The notes under the pieces: generated by a model | Told to the model about the DNA's origin: nothing | Databases searched by the model: none | Seen by the model: the letters and a program-made list of their open reading frames with translations, nothing else | Made by a program: the position numbers and the translations under genes | Assembly: GCA_040902005.1 (NCBI GenBank) | Contig: JBBDYA010000088.1 | Coordinates: 1 to 50,601 of the forward strand | DNA length: 50,601 nt | Source of the DNA: Gemmatimonadaceae bacterium | Lineage (GTDB): Bacteria > Gemmatimonadota > Gemmatimonadetes > Gemmatimonadales > Gemmatimonadaceae | Direction: 5' to 3' | Shown: positions 1 to 9,369 of the stretch, piece after piece | Numbering within the stretch: position 1 is the first letter of the stretch | How the letters are laid out: each line of letters opens with the position of its first letter

Positions 1-349
1 GCAGCGTGAGCAGCAGGTGCTGCACCATGTGCGCGCTGAACAGGTACCAGTCACTCAGGTCGTGCAGCCAGCCGTTCAGCGAGAGGAAGATCGTGGCGAG
101 GGCGCCGTAAAAACAACAACGGCGGAAACGGGATATGGGATATGGGATCTGGGTGGGCGATATGGATTCGGCTCCCATATCCCGTATCCCATAGCCCATA
201 TCTGCTTTTGCTGCGGCAGCCCGCCACTCATACAGTCCCGCCATCACGGCCAGCCCGATGACCGTGCTCCAGTGCACCGTAAAACTCGTAAGGCTGATGC
301 TCGCCCCTACGTGCAGCAGCGCGGGCGGCGCGAGCGGGAGCCACGGCAC
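1..349 (-). CDS. ctaG: caa3-type cytochrome c oxidase assembly factor CtaG, N-terminal part (runs off window start)
   Basis: Not in ORF track. Manual translation from GTG 349 (GAGG upstream) gives ...TVHWSTVIGLAVMAGLYEWR...LSLNGWLHDLSDWYLFSAHMVQHLLLTL; FSAHMVQHLLL is typical of the caa3 CtaG family. Follows ctaF. Confidence 0.85.
   Translation of the reverse strand, partial: MPWLPLAPPALLHVGASISLTSFTVHWSTVIGLAVMAGLYEWRAAAAKADMGYGIRDMGAESISPTQIPYPISRFRRCCFYGALATIFLSLNGWLHDLSDWYLFSAHMVQHLLLTL
129..202. repeat. Heptamer (GGATATG/CATATCC) tandem repeats arranged as an inverted pair inside ctaG
   Basis: GGGATATGGGATATGGGATCTGGG ... TCCCATATCCCGTATCCCATAGCCCATATC read directly. Confidence 0.75.
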
Positions 350-356
350 GGCTACC

Positions 357-713
357 TCATGGGAGCAGCGTGACCTGCCCGAAGAGAAGGAGCAGGACGA
401 GCAGCGTGATGATCGCGATGATCAGGGGTCCCGCAAACAGGGTGCGGAACAGCTTGTGGTCGTACTTGAGGTGCATGTAGAACATCACGACGATGACGAA
501 CTTCGCCGCGGACATGATGAGCAGCGACGGCACGAACAGCGACGTGGCCACGAATGCCGGGATGTAGTAAACCCAGACCTCGACGATCGTGATGAGCGTC
601 AGGATCAGCGCGACCCACTTGTACTGCTTCCAGGTGGGGTGCTCGTGCACCTCGCCCATGGAGGCATGGTCCGCGGGCGACGGCGGTGGGTGCGGATGCG
701 AATCGTGAACCAT
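357..713 (-). CDS. ctaF: Cytochrome c oxidase subunit IV
   Basis: Three TM segments, KFVIVVMFYMHLKYD motif, position after subunit III. Confidence 0.9.
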   Translation of the reverse strand: MVHDSHPHPPPSPADHASMGEVHEHPTWKQYKWVALILTLITIVEVWVYYIPAFVATSLFVPSLLIMSAAKFVIVVMFYMHLKYDHKLFRTLFAGPLIIAIITLLVLLLLFGQVTLLP

Positions 714-768
714 GAAGCGACAGGGAAGGGGGAACGGGGAAACGGAATTGGGTCGGTGTGTCTTTTTC

Positions 769-1437
769 TTATTGAATCAGGTAGACGACCGTGAAAATCA
801 CGATCCAGACGACGTCCACGAAATGCCAGTACAGTGCCGAAATATCCACCAGCAGGGCGTCTTTGGGGCCGAGTCCGCGACGCATGTCGATCGCGAGCAG
901 CGTCAACAACCAAAGCACTCCGACGGTGACGTGCGCGCCGTGGAACCCTGTCAGGGTGAAGAACGTGGATCCGAACAGGTTCGTCTTGATCGTGAGTCCT
1001 TCGTGCACGAACGACGTGAACTCATACGCCTGGAAGCCGAGGAATGTGGTGCCAAGGAGTGCGGTCATGAGGAGCCACAGCTTGGACGATCCCATTCCCA
1101 GCCAGCCGCCCGTGCCCCAGCCCGGCATCCCCTTGTTCTCGACTGCCGCGAGCGCCAGCACCATCGTCAGCGACGACATGAGCAGCACGAACGTGGACGC
1201 CGACGTGACCGGGATGTCCAGAATCGCCGGGAGTTCCGTCGCGCACTGCGGCGGGCTGCAGGCCTCGTGCGGGAACGGCCCGGTGACGCTGCGTCCCTTG
1301 TAGATGAGGTACGTGGAGATGAGCGAGGTGAACAGCATGCATTCCGAGCCGATGAAGGCCCAGATCGCGACTTTCCGGTGGTCGAGACCCGTGCTGGTGG
1401 GGGGATGCCCCTGGCTCACGACGGCGGTGGTGGCCAT
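769..1437 (-). CDS. ctaE: Cytochrome c oxidase subunit III
   Basis: C-terminal part of track ORF 769..2922; ATG 1437 overlaps the ctaD stop (TAATG); motifs WAFIGSE, TGFHGAHV, YWHFVDVVW. Confidence 0.93.
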   Translation of the reverse strand: MATTAVVSQGHPPTSTGLDHRKVAIWAFIGSECMLFTSLISTYLIYKGRSVTGPFPHEACSPPQCATELPAILDIPVTSASTFVLLMSSLTMVLALAAVENKGMPGWGTGGWLGMGSSKLWLLMTALLGTTFLGFQAYEFTSFVHEGLTIKTNLFGSTFFTLTGFHGAHVTVGVLWLLTLLAIDMRRGLGPKDALLVDISALYWHFVDVVWIVIFTVVYLIQ

Positions 1438-3314
1438 TAGTGCGCGTCCTCCAGCGGCGTGAGCAGCCAGCTGTACAGGGTGAGAGTCATCAGGATGGCG
1501 AACGTGATGATGCCGACGACGGCCAGCGTGGGCCGCGGCGTGCTGAAGTGCATCGGCAGCATGCTGGCGAACATGAGGGTCATGAAGCCCGAGGCGAGCA
1601 GCGGCTTGATCGAGGGATTCGGCATCGGAATGCCGAGTTCCTTCGCGGACTTCACCCGCTCGCCCTCCCCCGTGTGCGGCACGTCGGTCCTGAGTTCGGG
1701 TGACTTCGCGGCCCACATCGGGTAGCGCGACGTCACGTTGGGAATCGTCGCGAAGTTGTAGTCCGGCGGCGGAGAGGGAATGGACCACTCGAGCGTGGGG
1801 CCTCCCCAGGGATCGTTCCCGGCGATCGCGCCGGTGGTGCGGCTGCGCCACAGGTTCCAGGCGCCCAGCAGGACGGCCACGGCCTGCAGGTAGGCGCCGT
1901 AGGAGCTCATCATGTTGAAGACCTCGAGCCCCTGTCCCGCGTCGAACACCCAGGTGCGGCGCGGCATGCCCATCAGCCCCGCCCAGTGCATGGGCATGAA
2001 GGTCAGGTTCATGCCGATGAACATCAGCCAGAAATGCCAGTTGCCGAGCCGCTCGCTCATGAGCCGCCCGGTGAACTTCGGGTAATAGTAGTAAATGCCT
2101 GCCCACAGGCCCATCATCGAGCCGCCGAACAGCACGTAATGGAAGTGCGCGACGATGAAGTAGGTGTCGGTCTGCTGGAGGTCCGCCGGCGGCGATGCGT
2201 GCATGATGCCCGAGATGCCGCCGATGGTGAACAGCGCCACGAGCGCGATGGCGAACTTCATGGCCACCGTGAATCGCAGATCGCCGCCCCACATCGTGAA
2301 GATCCAGTTGAAGATCTTCACGCCGGTCGGGATGCCGATCAGCAGGGTGGTGACCGCGAACAGCGTGTCGGCGATGGGACCCATGCCGACGGCGAACATG
2401 TGGTGCGCCCACACGCCGAAGCCGAGGAAGGCGATGAGGATGCCGGAGTACACCATCACCGGATAGCCGAACAGCGGCTTGCGCGAGAAGGTCGGCAACA
2501 CCTCGGACACGAGTCCGAAGGCCGGCAGAATGAGGATGTAGACCTCGGGGTGTCCGAAGATCCAGAACAGGTGCTGCCAGAGCAGCGGGTCTCCGCCCGC
2601 GCTGGTCTGGTAGAAGTTCGTGCCGAAGAACCGGTCGAACTGGAGGAAGACGAGCGCAATCGTGATGACGGGGAAGGCCAGCACGAGCAGGAACTGCACG
2701 ACGAATGACATCCACGTGAAGATGGGCATCCGCATAAAATTCATGCCGGGCGCCCGCATGTTGATGATCGTCGTGATGAAGTTGAATGCCGCGGCCAGCG
2801 AGGACACGCCGAGGATCTGGAGTCCCAGCATCCAGAAGTCGATGTTCATCCCGGGCGAGTAGTCCGACGTCAGCGGCGTGTAGCCGAACCAGCCGCCGTC
2901 CGGCGCGGCGCCCACCAGCCACGACGCGTTCATGAACAGCGAACCGAACAGATACACCCAGTAGCTGAACGCGTTCAGTCGCGGGAAGGCGACGTCGCGC
3001 GCGCCGATCTGTAGCGGAATGAGCAGGTTGAAGAATGCCGCCGAGAGCGGCATGATGACGAGGAAGACCATCGTCGTGCCGTGCATCGTGAACAGCATGT
3101 TGTACATCTCGGCGGACACCACGCGCCCGTTGGGGCCGTGCAGCTGCATGCGGAGCAGCAGCGCCTCGAAACCGCCAACGAAAAACCAGAGCATGGCGGT
3201 GTAGAGGTACAGCGCGCCGATGCGTTTGTGATCAACCGTGGTGAGCCAGCTCCAGATGCCATTCTCCTCGTGATACGACGAGGGGTGAACGGGGGCGGCT
3301 GCGGCAGTTGCCAT
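1437..3314 (-). CDS. ctaD: Cytochrome c oxidase subunit I (A1-type heme-copper oxidase)
   Basis: DHKRIG, FTMHG, WIFGHPEVY, WAHHMF, VAHFHY metal-ligand motifs. Confidence 0.98.
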   Translation of the reverse strand: MATAAAAPVHPSSYHEENGIWSWLTTVDHKRIGALYLYTAMLWFFVGGFEALLLRMQLHGPNGRVVSAEMYNMLFTMHGTTMVFLVIMPLSAAFFNLLIPLQIGARDVAFPRLNAFSYWVYLFGSLFMNASWLVGAAPDGGWFGYTPLTSDYSPGMNIDFWMLGLQILGVSSLAAAFNFITTIINMRAPGMNFMRMPIFTWMSFVVQFLLVLAFPVITIALVFLQFDRFFGTNFYQTSAGGDPLLWQHLFWIFGHPEVYILILPAFGLVSEVLPTFSRKPLFGYPVMVYSGILIAFLGFGVWAHHMFAVGMGPIADTLFAVTTLLIGIPTGVKIFNWIFTMWGGDLRFTVAMKFAIALVALFTIGGISGIMHASPPADLQQTDTYFIVAHFHYVLFGGSMMGLWAGIYYYYPKFTGRLMSERLGNWHFWLMFIGMNLTFMPMHWAGLMGMPRRTWVFDAGQGLEVFNMMSSYGAYLQAVAVLLGAWNLWRSRTTGAIAGNDPWGGPTLEWSIPSPPPDYNFATIPNVTSRYPMWAAKSPELRTDVPHTGEGERVKSAKELGIPMPNPSIKPLLASGFMTLMFASMLPMHFSTPRPTLAVVGIITFAILMTLTLYSWLLTPLEDAH

Positions 3315-3339
3315 TGCTCGTGATCTCCGGTTCCGTCAG

Positions 3340-4587
3340 TTACTTCAACGCGTGCAGGTAGGCAACGACGTCAGCAATCTGCTGATCACTCAGTCCGATG
3401 CCGACCGCCTGCTTCAGGATGGGATCGTACTCGCCGATGCCGAGCGTCGGCATCAGCACCCCCGGCTTCATCGTGCGCGAGTTCTTGATCCACGCCATCA
3501 GGTGCTTCTTGTCGTTGGGAAAGAGCCCTCCTCCGATCGTGAGCCGGCTGCCGATGTGCGTGAGATCAGGCGCCGTCCTGCCGATCAGCGTCGGCGATCC
3601 CTTCACGGTATGACAGCCGATGCAGGTGCCGTAGGCCACCAGCTGCGCGCCGCGGGCAACGTCGCCGATCAGCGTCGTATCCACCCTCAGGGTGTGGGGG
3701 ATCGGCGTGTGCGGCATCGCGTGGTCGGGCAGCCGCGCGAAGGACATGAAGCCCGCCTGTGCCGGCGCCGCCGGCGCCGCCGGCGCTGCGGCCGGTGGCC
3801 GTGGTGCCGCCGGCTGTGGTGCGGCCGCGGGCGCGCCCGGCAGCTGCACGAGGACCGCGCCCGGACGCTGCTGGTTCGCCACCCAGGCATCGAACTGCTC
3901 GGGCGTCACGGCGAACGCGCGGAAGCGCATGTTCGCGTGCGACGTGCCGCAGTACTCGGCGCAGAAGCCGTTGAACGCGTCCTCGGTGGTGGAGTCGGGC
4001 GTGAACCAGAGGTAGTTCGTCCGGTTGTTCACCATGTCCCGCTTGCCACCCAGCGCCGGTACCCAGAAGGAATGGATGACGTCCACCGTCTTGAGGTGGA
4101 AGTTCATCGGGCGCCCGATCGGCATGTAGATCTCGTTCGCCGTCGTGAAGTCGTAGTCGAGGTAGCGGAACTCCCACCACCACTGGTGTCCGATGACCTC
4201 CACCTGGATCGCGTCGGCGGGCGCGGCGCCCTGCGTCTTGAACATCGTCTGCACGGTGGGCACGGCGATGATCGCGAGCACCACGGCGGGAATCACGGTC
4301 CACAGGATCTCGAGCCGCGTGCTCCCGTGCACCTGTTTGGGGGTACGCGGTGAGTCCGGCTTGTGGCGGTAGCGCCAGAGCGCGTAGATCAGCAGCGCTT
4401 CCGTGAAGACGAACACGATGGTGCCGAGCCAGATCAGCAGCGTGAAGAGCGAGTCGACGTCGCGATTGAACTCCGTGCGGGAATGGAAGACGGAATTCGG
4501 ATTCTGAGTGCACCCCGCGATCAGCGAGGTGAGTGCGACCGTCAGCGCGGCGTTGCACCGCCAGCGCGGGCGGGAATCAGCGGGCAT
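3340..4587 (-). CDS. ctaC: Cytochrome c oxidase subunit II with C-terminal cytochrome c (caa3 type), lipoprotein
   Basis: Lipobox LIAGC, GHQWWW, DVIHSFW, CuA motif CAEYCGTSHANM, Pro/Ala linker, heme c motif CIGCH; start set at ATG 4587. Confidence 0.95.
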   Translation of the reverse strand: MPADSRPRWRCNAALTVALTSLIAGCTQNPNSVFHSRTEFNRDVDSLFTLLIWLGTIVFVFTEALLIYALWRYRHKPDSPRTPKQVHGSTRLEILWTVIPAVVLAIIAVPTVQTMFKTQGAAPADAIQVEVIGHQWWWEFRYLDYDFTTANEIYMPIGRPMNFHLKTVDVIHSFWVPALGGKRDMVNNRTNYLWFTPDSTTEDAFNGFCAEYCGTSHANMRFRAFAVTPEQFDAWVANQQRPGAVLVQLPGAPAAAPQPAAPRPPAAAPAAPAAPAQAGFMSFARLPDHAMPHTPIPHTLRVDTTLIGDVARGAQLVAYGTCIGCHTVKGSPTLIGRTAPDLTHIGSRLTIGGGLFPNDKKHLMAWIKNSRTMKPGVLMPTLGIGEYDPILKQAVGIGLSDQQIADVVAYLHALK

Positions 4588-4750
4588 GCGGTTTCCTGTA
4601 ACCGGCGGTGAGAGCGTCTCGCCACGAGTGGCGCCGGCGCCCGGGATGGGGAAGCACCCGACGAGCACGGGGGAAGCTATATGAACCTCGCAGGGGCTGG
4701 AAGCGCCAGTCGGGAAAGCGATGACAGCGCGGAAAAACGACCCGCGTGGC

Positions 4751-5116
4751 TCAGTGTTTTTCCTTGGATTCGTGCTTCGCGATGGTCTGGGCCACGGCAA
4801 TCTCGAGTTGCACCTTGATGGCCGCGAGCCCCTCGCGCATGGTGCGCACGCGTATCTGGTCGCTCGAGCCCCGGGTCATCTGCATGTTGATGGATGTCAC
4901 CAGATCCGAAATCATGCCGAACTGTCCCTTCAGCTTGGCGGCCAGAATCGGCATCTGGCGCTTGAGGTTGCCCATGAGGGTGCCGTTCGGCTTTCCCTGC
5001 TTCACGGTGAGCGCGTACATTTCCACGAGTCCGTGCACGCGCTGCTGAAGCACCAGGGCGTCGTCGAGCGTCACCATCTTGGCCTGTCCGGCCCCGTCGA
5101 GTCTTACGCCTGCCAT
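4751..5116 (-). CDS. Hypothetical helical protein (121 aa)
   Basis: Protein-like composition, fills the gap between co-oriented genes. Confidence 0.75.
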   Translation of the reverse strand: MAGVRLDGAGQAKMVTLDDALVLQQRVHGLVEMYALTVKQGKPNGTLMGNLKRQMPILAAKLKGQFGMISDLVTSINMQMTRGSSDQIRVRTMREGLAAIKVQLEIAVAQTIAKHESKEKH

Positions 5117-5159
5117 GGCAATCGATTGGGATAGGGGACATGGAATATGTGCGGTACGG

Positions 5160-6224
5160 TCATTTCACCCGCTCCATCCTGTCGTTCTCGCTGAGCTTTC
5201 GCCCCGCGCGCGCCTCCGGCTTGCCATCCACGAGCACCACGTCGGCGGTGAAATCGAAGGTGCCCCGGTACGCCGCCGATCCAATCGCGTACGCGTCCAC
5301 CGGCACCCCCTCTTCCTCGAACTCCGCCACCCGGTGGGCGTCGAACCCGCCCGATACGACGATCTGCACGTCGCCGAACCCCTCACCGTCGAGGGCGTTG
5401 CGCACGTTCCACACGAGCTGCGGATTCACCCCTGTGGGGCGGAAGGCGCCGAGCAGCGGCAGGACGGATTTGTCCACCATCGTGTCGGACGTATCCAGCC
5501 GCACACCCCACAGGCGATCGCCGAGCGCGCGGGCGACATCCACGCTCGTCTTCGCGACGTCGTTGTCATAGTCCACCAGCGCGAGCAGGGGGAGGTTCTC
5601 GTCCAGGTGCTTCGCCACCTGGCGCGTGGCGGCGGCGGTGTCGCCACCGAACGAGGCGATGAGCGTGTGCGGGGTCGTGCCCATCACCTTGCCGGACCAG
5701 AGCGCGGCCTGCGCCTGCGTGGACACCTGCCTGGCGCCGCCGACCATCGCGGCGAACCCGTCGCCCTGCTGCAGCAGCCAGTGTTCATCGCGGGCGCCGA
5801 GGAAGAACACCGACTTGGGCCGGGCCGCCTCGACGATTGCACGGATGTTCGAGCACACCTTGGTGCGGTGGCCCAGGACGCCGAGGTACAACGTCTCGAG
5901 ATGCGCGAAGGCGGCATAGTCGCCCTCGATGGTCATGACGGTGTCCCACGCTTCCAGCACGTCGCCCTCATACAGCGCGTGAACCGTCAGGGCGCTCCAG
6001 TCGGCGACACCCTGCTTCAGGATGGCGATGGTCTCGTCGATCCCGGACAGCGCGCCATCCTGCTTGGCACTCACCTGAAGCAGCACGTGACGCCGGGCTC
6101 GAGTGCCGCGCATCACGTCCGCGGCGAGCGAGCCATAGCGGTCCGAGTACTCACCCGCGGTCAACTCCTCCGCGGGAAGCCGGAACACCGACGGATCCAG
6201 CCGTTTGCGACGGCGGGGAGTCAC
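5160..6224 (-). CDS. Nicotinate phosphoribosyltransferase-like protein (NAPRTase/QPRTase family)
   Basis: YSDRY, FLGAR, GTTPHTLI, GVRLDTS, IVVSGGF motifs; GTG start overlaps the aspA stop. Confidence 0.85.
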   Translation of the reverse strand: MTPRRRKRLDPSVFRLPAEELTAGEYSDRYGSLAADVMRGTRARRHVLLQVSAKQDGALSGIDETIAILKQGVADWSALTVHALYEGDVLEAWDTVMTIEGDYAAFAHLETLYLGVLGHRTKVCSNIRAIVEAARPKSVFFLGARDEHWLLQQGDGFAAMVGGARQVSTQAQAALWSGKVMGTTPHTLIASFGGDTAAATRQVAKHLDENLPLLALVDYDNDVAKTSVDVARALGDRLWGVRLDTSDTMVDKSVLPLLGAFRPTGVNPQLVWNVRNALDGEGFGDVQIVVSGGFDAHRVAEFEEEGVPVDAYAIGSAAYRGTFDFTADVVLVDGKPEARAGRKLSENDRMERVK

Positions 6225-8080
6225 GGGTTGCCCGTCATCGCGTCCGGATTGAGCAACCGGTCCAGCTCCTCACGCGACAGCAGCTTCTGCTCGAGCACGA
6301 GGTCGTACACTCCGCGACCGGATTCGAGCGCGACCTTGGCGATGGCCGTGGCCTTCTCATAGCCGATGGTCGGCACCAGCGCCGTGACGACGCCGATGGA
6401 CTGTTCGACGAACTGGCGCATGCGGGACGGGTTGGGCGTGATGCCGTCCACGCATTTCTGCTGCAGCACCACGCAGCCGTTACGCAGCGTATCGATGCTG
6501 CGCAGCAGCCGGTACGCGATCACCGGCTCGAACACGTTGAGCTGCAGCTGGCCGGCCTCCGCGGCGATCGTGACGGTGACGTCGCCGCCGATGACGTCGA
6601 AGCACACCTGGTTCATGACTTCCGGGATCACGGGATTGACCTTGCCCGGCATGATGGACGATCCCGGCTGCATGGGTGGCAGGTTGATCTCGCCCAGCCC
6701 GGCGCGGGGCCCCGAACTCAGCAGGCGCAGATCGTTGCAGATCTTCGAGATCTTCACCGCGCAGCGCTTGAGCACGCCGGAGACCTGGACGAAGGCCCCG
6801 GTGTCTGCCGTGGCCTCGATGAGATCGGGCGAGGTGATGAGGGGCAGGCCGGTGATGCGTGCCAGGTGCGCGCGCACATGCTCCGCATAGCCGGCCGGGG
6901 CGTTGATGCGGGTGCCGATCGCGGTGGCGCCCATGTTGATCTCGCGAATCAGTGCCTGTGCCTCGCTCAGGCGCTCCACATCCTCCAGGATGGTATGCCC
7001 GAATGCGGTGAATTCCTGGCCGAGCGTCATCGGCACCGCATCCTGGAGCTGCGTCCGTCCCATCTTCAGGTGCGGCGAGAACTCTTCCCCCTTGGCGAGA
7101 AAGGCGGCGGCGAGCGCGGACATCGCGCCGCGCAGCGATTCGATGCTGACGTGGAGCGCGAGTTTCACGGCCGTGGGGTACACGTCGTTGGTGGACTGGC
7201 TGAGGTTGACGTGGTTGTTGGGATGCACGGTGTCATAGTCACCACGTGGGCGCCCCAGCAGCTCGAGCGCGCGGTTCGCGATCACCTCGTTCGCGTTCAT
7301 GTTGGTGGATGTCCCGGCGCCTCCCTGGATCGCGTCCACCAGGAAATGCTCGTGATGCCGGCCAGCGCGGATCTCCTCGCTGGCGCGAACGACGGCGTCG
7401 GCGACCGTCTTGTCCAGCAGTCCGAGGTCCGCGTTGGTCTGCGCGGCCGCGGACTTGACCGCCCCGAGCGCCTCCACGAGCGTGGGGAGTTCCCGGATCG
7501 GCACGCCCGTGATCGGGAAGTTCTCGAGCGCGCGCATGGTCTGAATGCCGTACAGCGCGTCGTCCGGCACGTCGCGCTCGCCGAGCATGTCGCGCTCCCG
7601 CCGGGAGCGCGAGCCGGTGAATCCCAGTGAGCGGCCCCTGCCCACGAGCGTGGCATCGGTCGCCGCGAGGCGGCGCGAAATCGCGCGCGCGGCCCGGCTC
7701 ACGAGGGCGGCGTACACGGCGGGATGCTCCTTGATCATCACCCGGAGCTGCTCGAGCGGCAGCACGAACGCCGTGGTGGTCTGGAGCGCCCGCGCGGTGG
7801 TGCCGTGCGCGGAGTCGTCCATCAGGACGCCTTCCCCGACCGCCTCGCCGGCGCCAAGCGTCGCCAGCCGCTCCGACCGTCCGTTGAGACTCTTCTCGAT
7901 CGAGACGAGGCCCGAGGTGAGGATCGCCATGAACTGTCGCTGGGCGCCTTCGTGAAAGAGAATGGTCTCGGACTCGAAGGTCCTGGGGGTCACGATCTTT
8001 GCCAACTGGTGCAGCACCGACGGGTTCAGCGTCTGGAGAAACTCCGCCCTGCGCAGCTGGTCGCGAATGGTTGCTGACAT
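6221..8080 (-). CDS. aspA: Aspartate ammonia-lyase with N-terminal cyclic-nucleotide-binding domain
   Basis: Fumarase/aspartase signature GSSIMPGKVNP, QGGAGTSTNMNANEV, QSTND, KMGRTQLQDA; first ~145 aa resemble a Crp-type cNMP domain (LFHEG, GEAVGE, TARA). Confidence 0.92.
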   Translation of the reverse strand: MSATIRDQLRRAEFLQTLNPSVLHQLAKIVTPRTFESETILFHEGAQRQFMAILTSGLVSIEKSLNGRSERLATLGAGEAVGEGVLMDDSAHGTTARALQTTTAFVLPLEQLRVMIKEHPAVYAALVSRAARAISRRLAATDATLVGRGRSLGFTGSRSRRERDMLGERDVPDDALYGIQTMRALENFPITGVPIRELPTLVEALGAVKSAAAQTNADLGLLDKTVADAVVRASEEIRAGRHHEHFLVDAIQGGAGTSTNMNANEVIANRALELLGRPRGDYDTVHPNNHVNLSQSTNDVYPTAVKLALHVSIESLRGAMSALAAAFLAKGEEFSPHLKMGRTQLQDAVPMTLGQEFTAFGHTILEDVERLSEAQALIREINMGATAIGTRINAPAGYAEHVRAHLARITGLPLITSPDLIEATADTGAFVQVSGVLKRCAVKISKICNDLRLLSSGPRAGLGEINLPPMQPGSSIMPGKVNPVIPEVMNQVCFDVIGGDVTVTIAAEAGQLQLNVFEPVIAYRLLRSIDTLRNGCVVLQQKCVDGITPNPSRMRQFVEQSIGVVTALVPTIGYEKATAIAKVALESGRGVYDLVLEQKLLSREELDRLLNPDAMTGNP

Positions 8081-8214
8081 TCGGGGCAAGGTATCCCCCG
8101 CTGGCGGTTCGAGCGAGGGATGCGGGCGCGGCTGCCGGCCGCGCGGACCGCAGCTTGCTGGGCGCCCCGGGATAGCCTATCTCCCACCGACCCCCAGCAC
8201 ACAGGAGCTTGTCC

Positions 8215-9369
8215 GTGGCACCCTCTCGCCGGCAGTTTCTCGAGGCCAGCGCCGCGGCGGCGGCTGGGCTCGCCATTCCGCGGCTCACCAGCGCGATGCC
8301 CATGGTCGCGGTTCGCGACCGAGCCCCTGAGGCTCGTGGGGCCGGGCGGCCCGTCGTCGTCGCGTCCGCGAACGGCAACCGGAGTCGCAACGCCGACGGC
8401 AAGACGGGGGTGCAGCTCGCGCACGAGATGATGCTGCGCGGATCCGACCCGCTCGACGCGGCGATGGCCGGCGTCAACATCGTGGAACTGGACCCCACCG
8501 ATCAGTCGGTGGGGGTGGGCGGTCTGCCCAATGAAGCGGGCGTCGTGCAGCTCGACGCGTCGTGCATGCATGGGCCCACCAAACGGGCCGGCGCGGTAGC
8601 CTGCCTCGAGGACATCGCCACGCCCTCGCTGGTGGCGAAGGCGGTGATGGACCATACCGACCACATCATGCTGGTGGGGCACCACGCGAAGGATTTCGCG
8701 CTGCGCATGGGGTTCACCACGCAGAATCTGCTGACGGAGGAGAGCCGCCAGATGTGGCACCGGTGGCGGTCGCGTCTCAACCCCAATGACAACTGGCTCG
8801 ACATTCCGCGGGACGCCAGAAGTCCCGACGGCGGGGAGGGCGGTGAGGTCGACCAGACGCAGGTGTGGTACGACGCCGACGGCATCGCGCGCACGTACGG
8901 CACGATCAACATGTGCGCGGTGGACGCCAGGGGGGACATCGGCTCGGTGACCACCACGTCCGGGCTGTCATGGAAGGTGCCGGGGCGCACGGGCGACTCC
9001 CCGATCATCGGCGCGGGCCAGTACTGCGACAATGGCGTGGGTGCCGCGGGATCCACCGGGCGGGGCGAAGCGAACATCAAGGTGTGCGGCGCCTTCCTGG
9101 CGGTCGAGTTCATGCGGCAGGGGAAGTCGCCGGAGCAGGCGCTCATCGAAGTCATGCAGCGCGTGATCGCGATGACCGAGGCTCGGCTGCTGGACGACCG
9201 GGGGCGGCCGTACTTCGACCTGCAGTTCTACGCGGTGGCGAAGGACGGACGGTACGCCGGCGCGAGCGCGTTCGAAGGGTCGCGCTTTGCCGTGGCGGAC
9301 GAGCGCGGCGCGCGCACGGAGTCCACGGCGTTCCTCTTCAAGGCGTCGGAGCGTCCGCGCCGGGCGTGA
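8215..9369 (+). CDS. Asparaginase-2 / glycosylasparaginase family Ntn hydrolase with Tat signal
   Basis: SRRQFL twin-arginine signal; SVGVGGLPN, LDASCM, G-TINM nucleophile site, TTTSG, GRTGDSPIIGAG, TGRGE; AGGAG before GTG 8215. Confidence 0.9.
   Translation: MAPSRRQFLEASAAAAAGLAIPRLTSAMPMVAVRDRAPEARGAGRPVVVASANGNRSRNADGKTGVQLAHEMMLRGSDPLDAAMAGVNIVELDPTDQSVGVGGLPNEAGVVQLDASCMHGPTKRAGAVACLEDIATPSLVAKAVMDHTDHIMLVGHHAKDFALRMGFTTQNLLTEESRQMWHRWRSRLNPNDNWLDIPRDARSPDGGEGGEVDQTQVWYDADGIARTYGTINMCAVDARGDIGSVTTTSGLSWKVPGRTGDSPIIGAGQYCDNGVGAAGSTGRGEANIKVCGAFLAVEFMRQGKSPEQALIEVMQRVIAMTEARLLDDRGRPYFDLQFYAVAKDGRYAGASAFEGSRFAVADERGARTESTAFLFKASERPRRA

Noticed and set aside
769..2922. 717-aa ORF as one long subunit III protein
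   Set aside because: The part upstream of 1437 is an alternate frame of ctaD with Arg/Ala-rich shadow composition; the real start is ATG 1437
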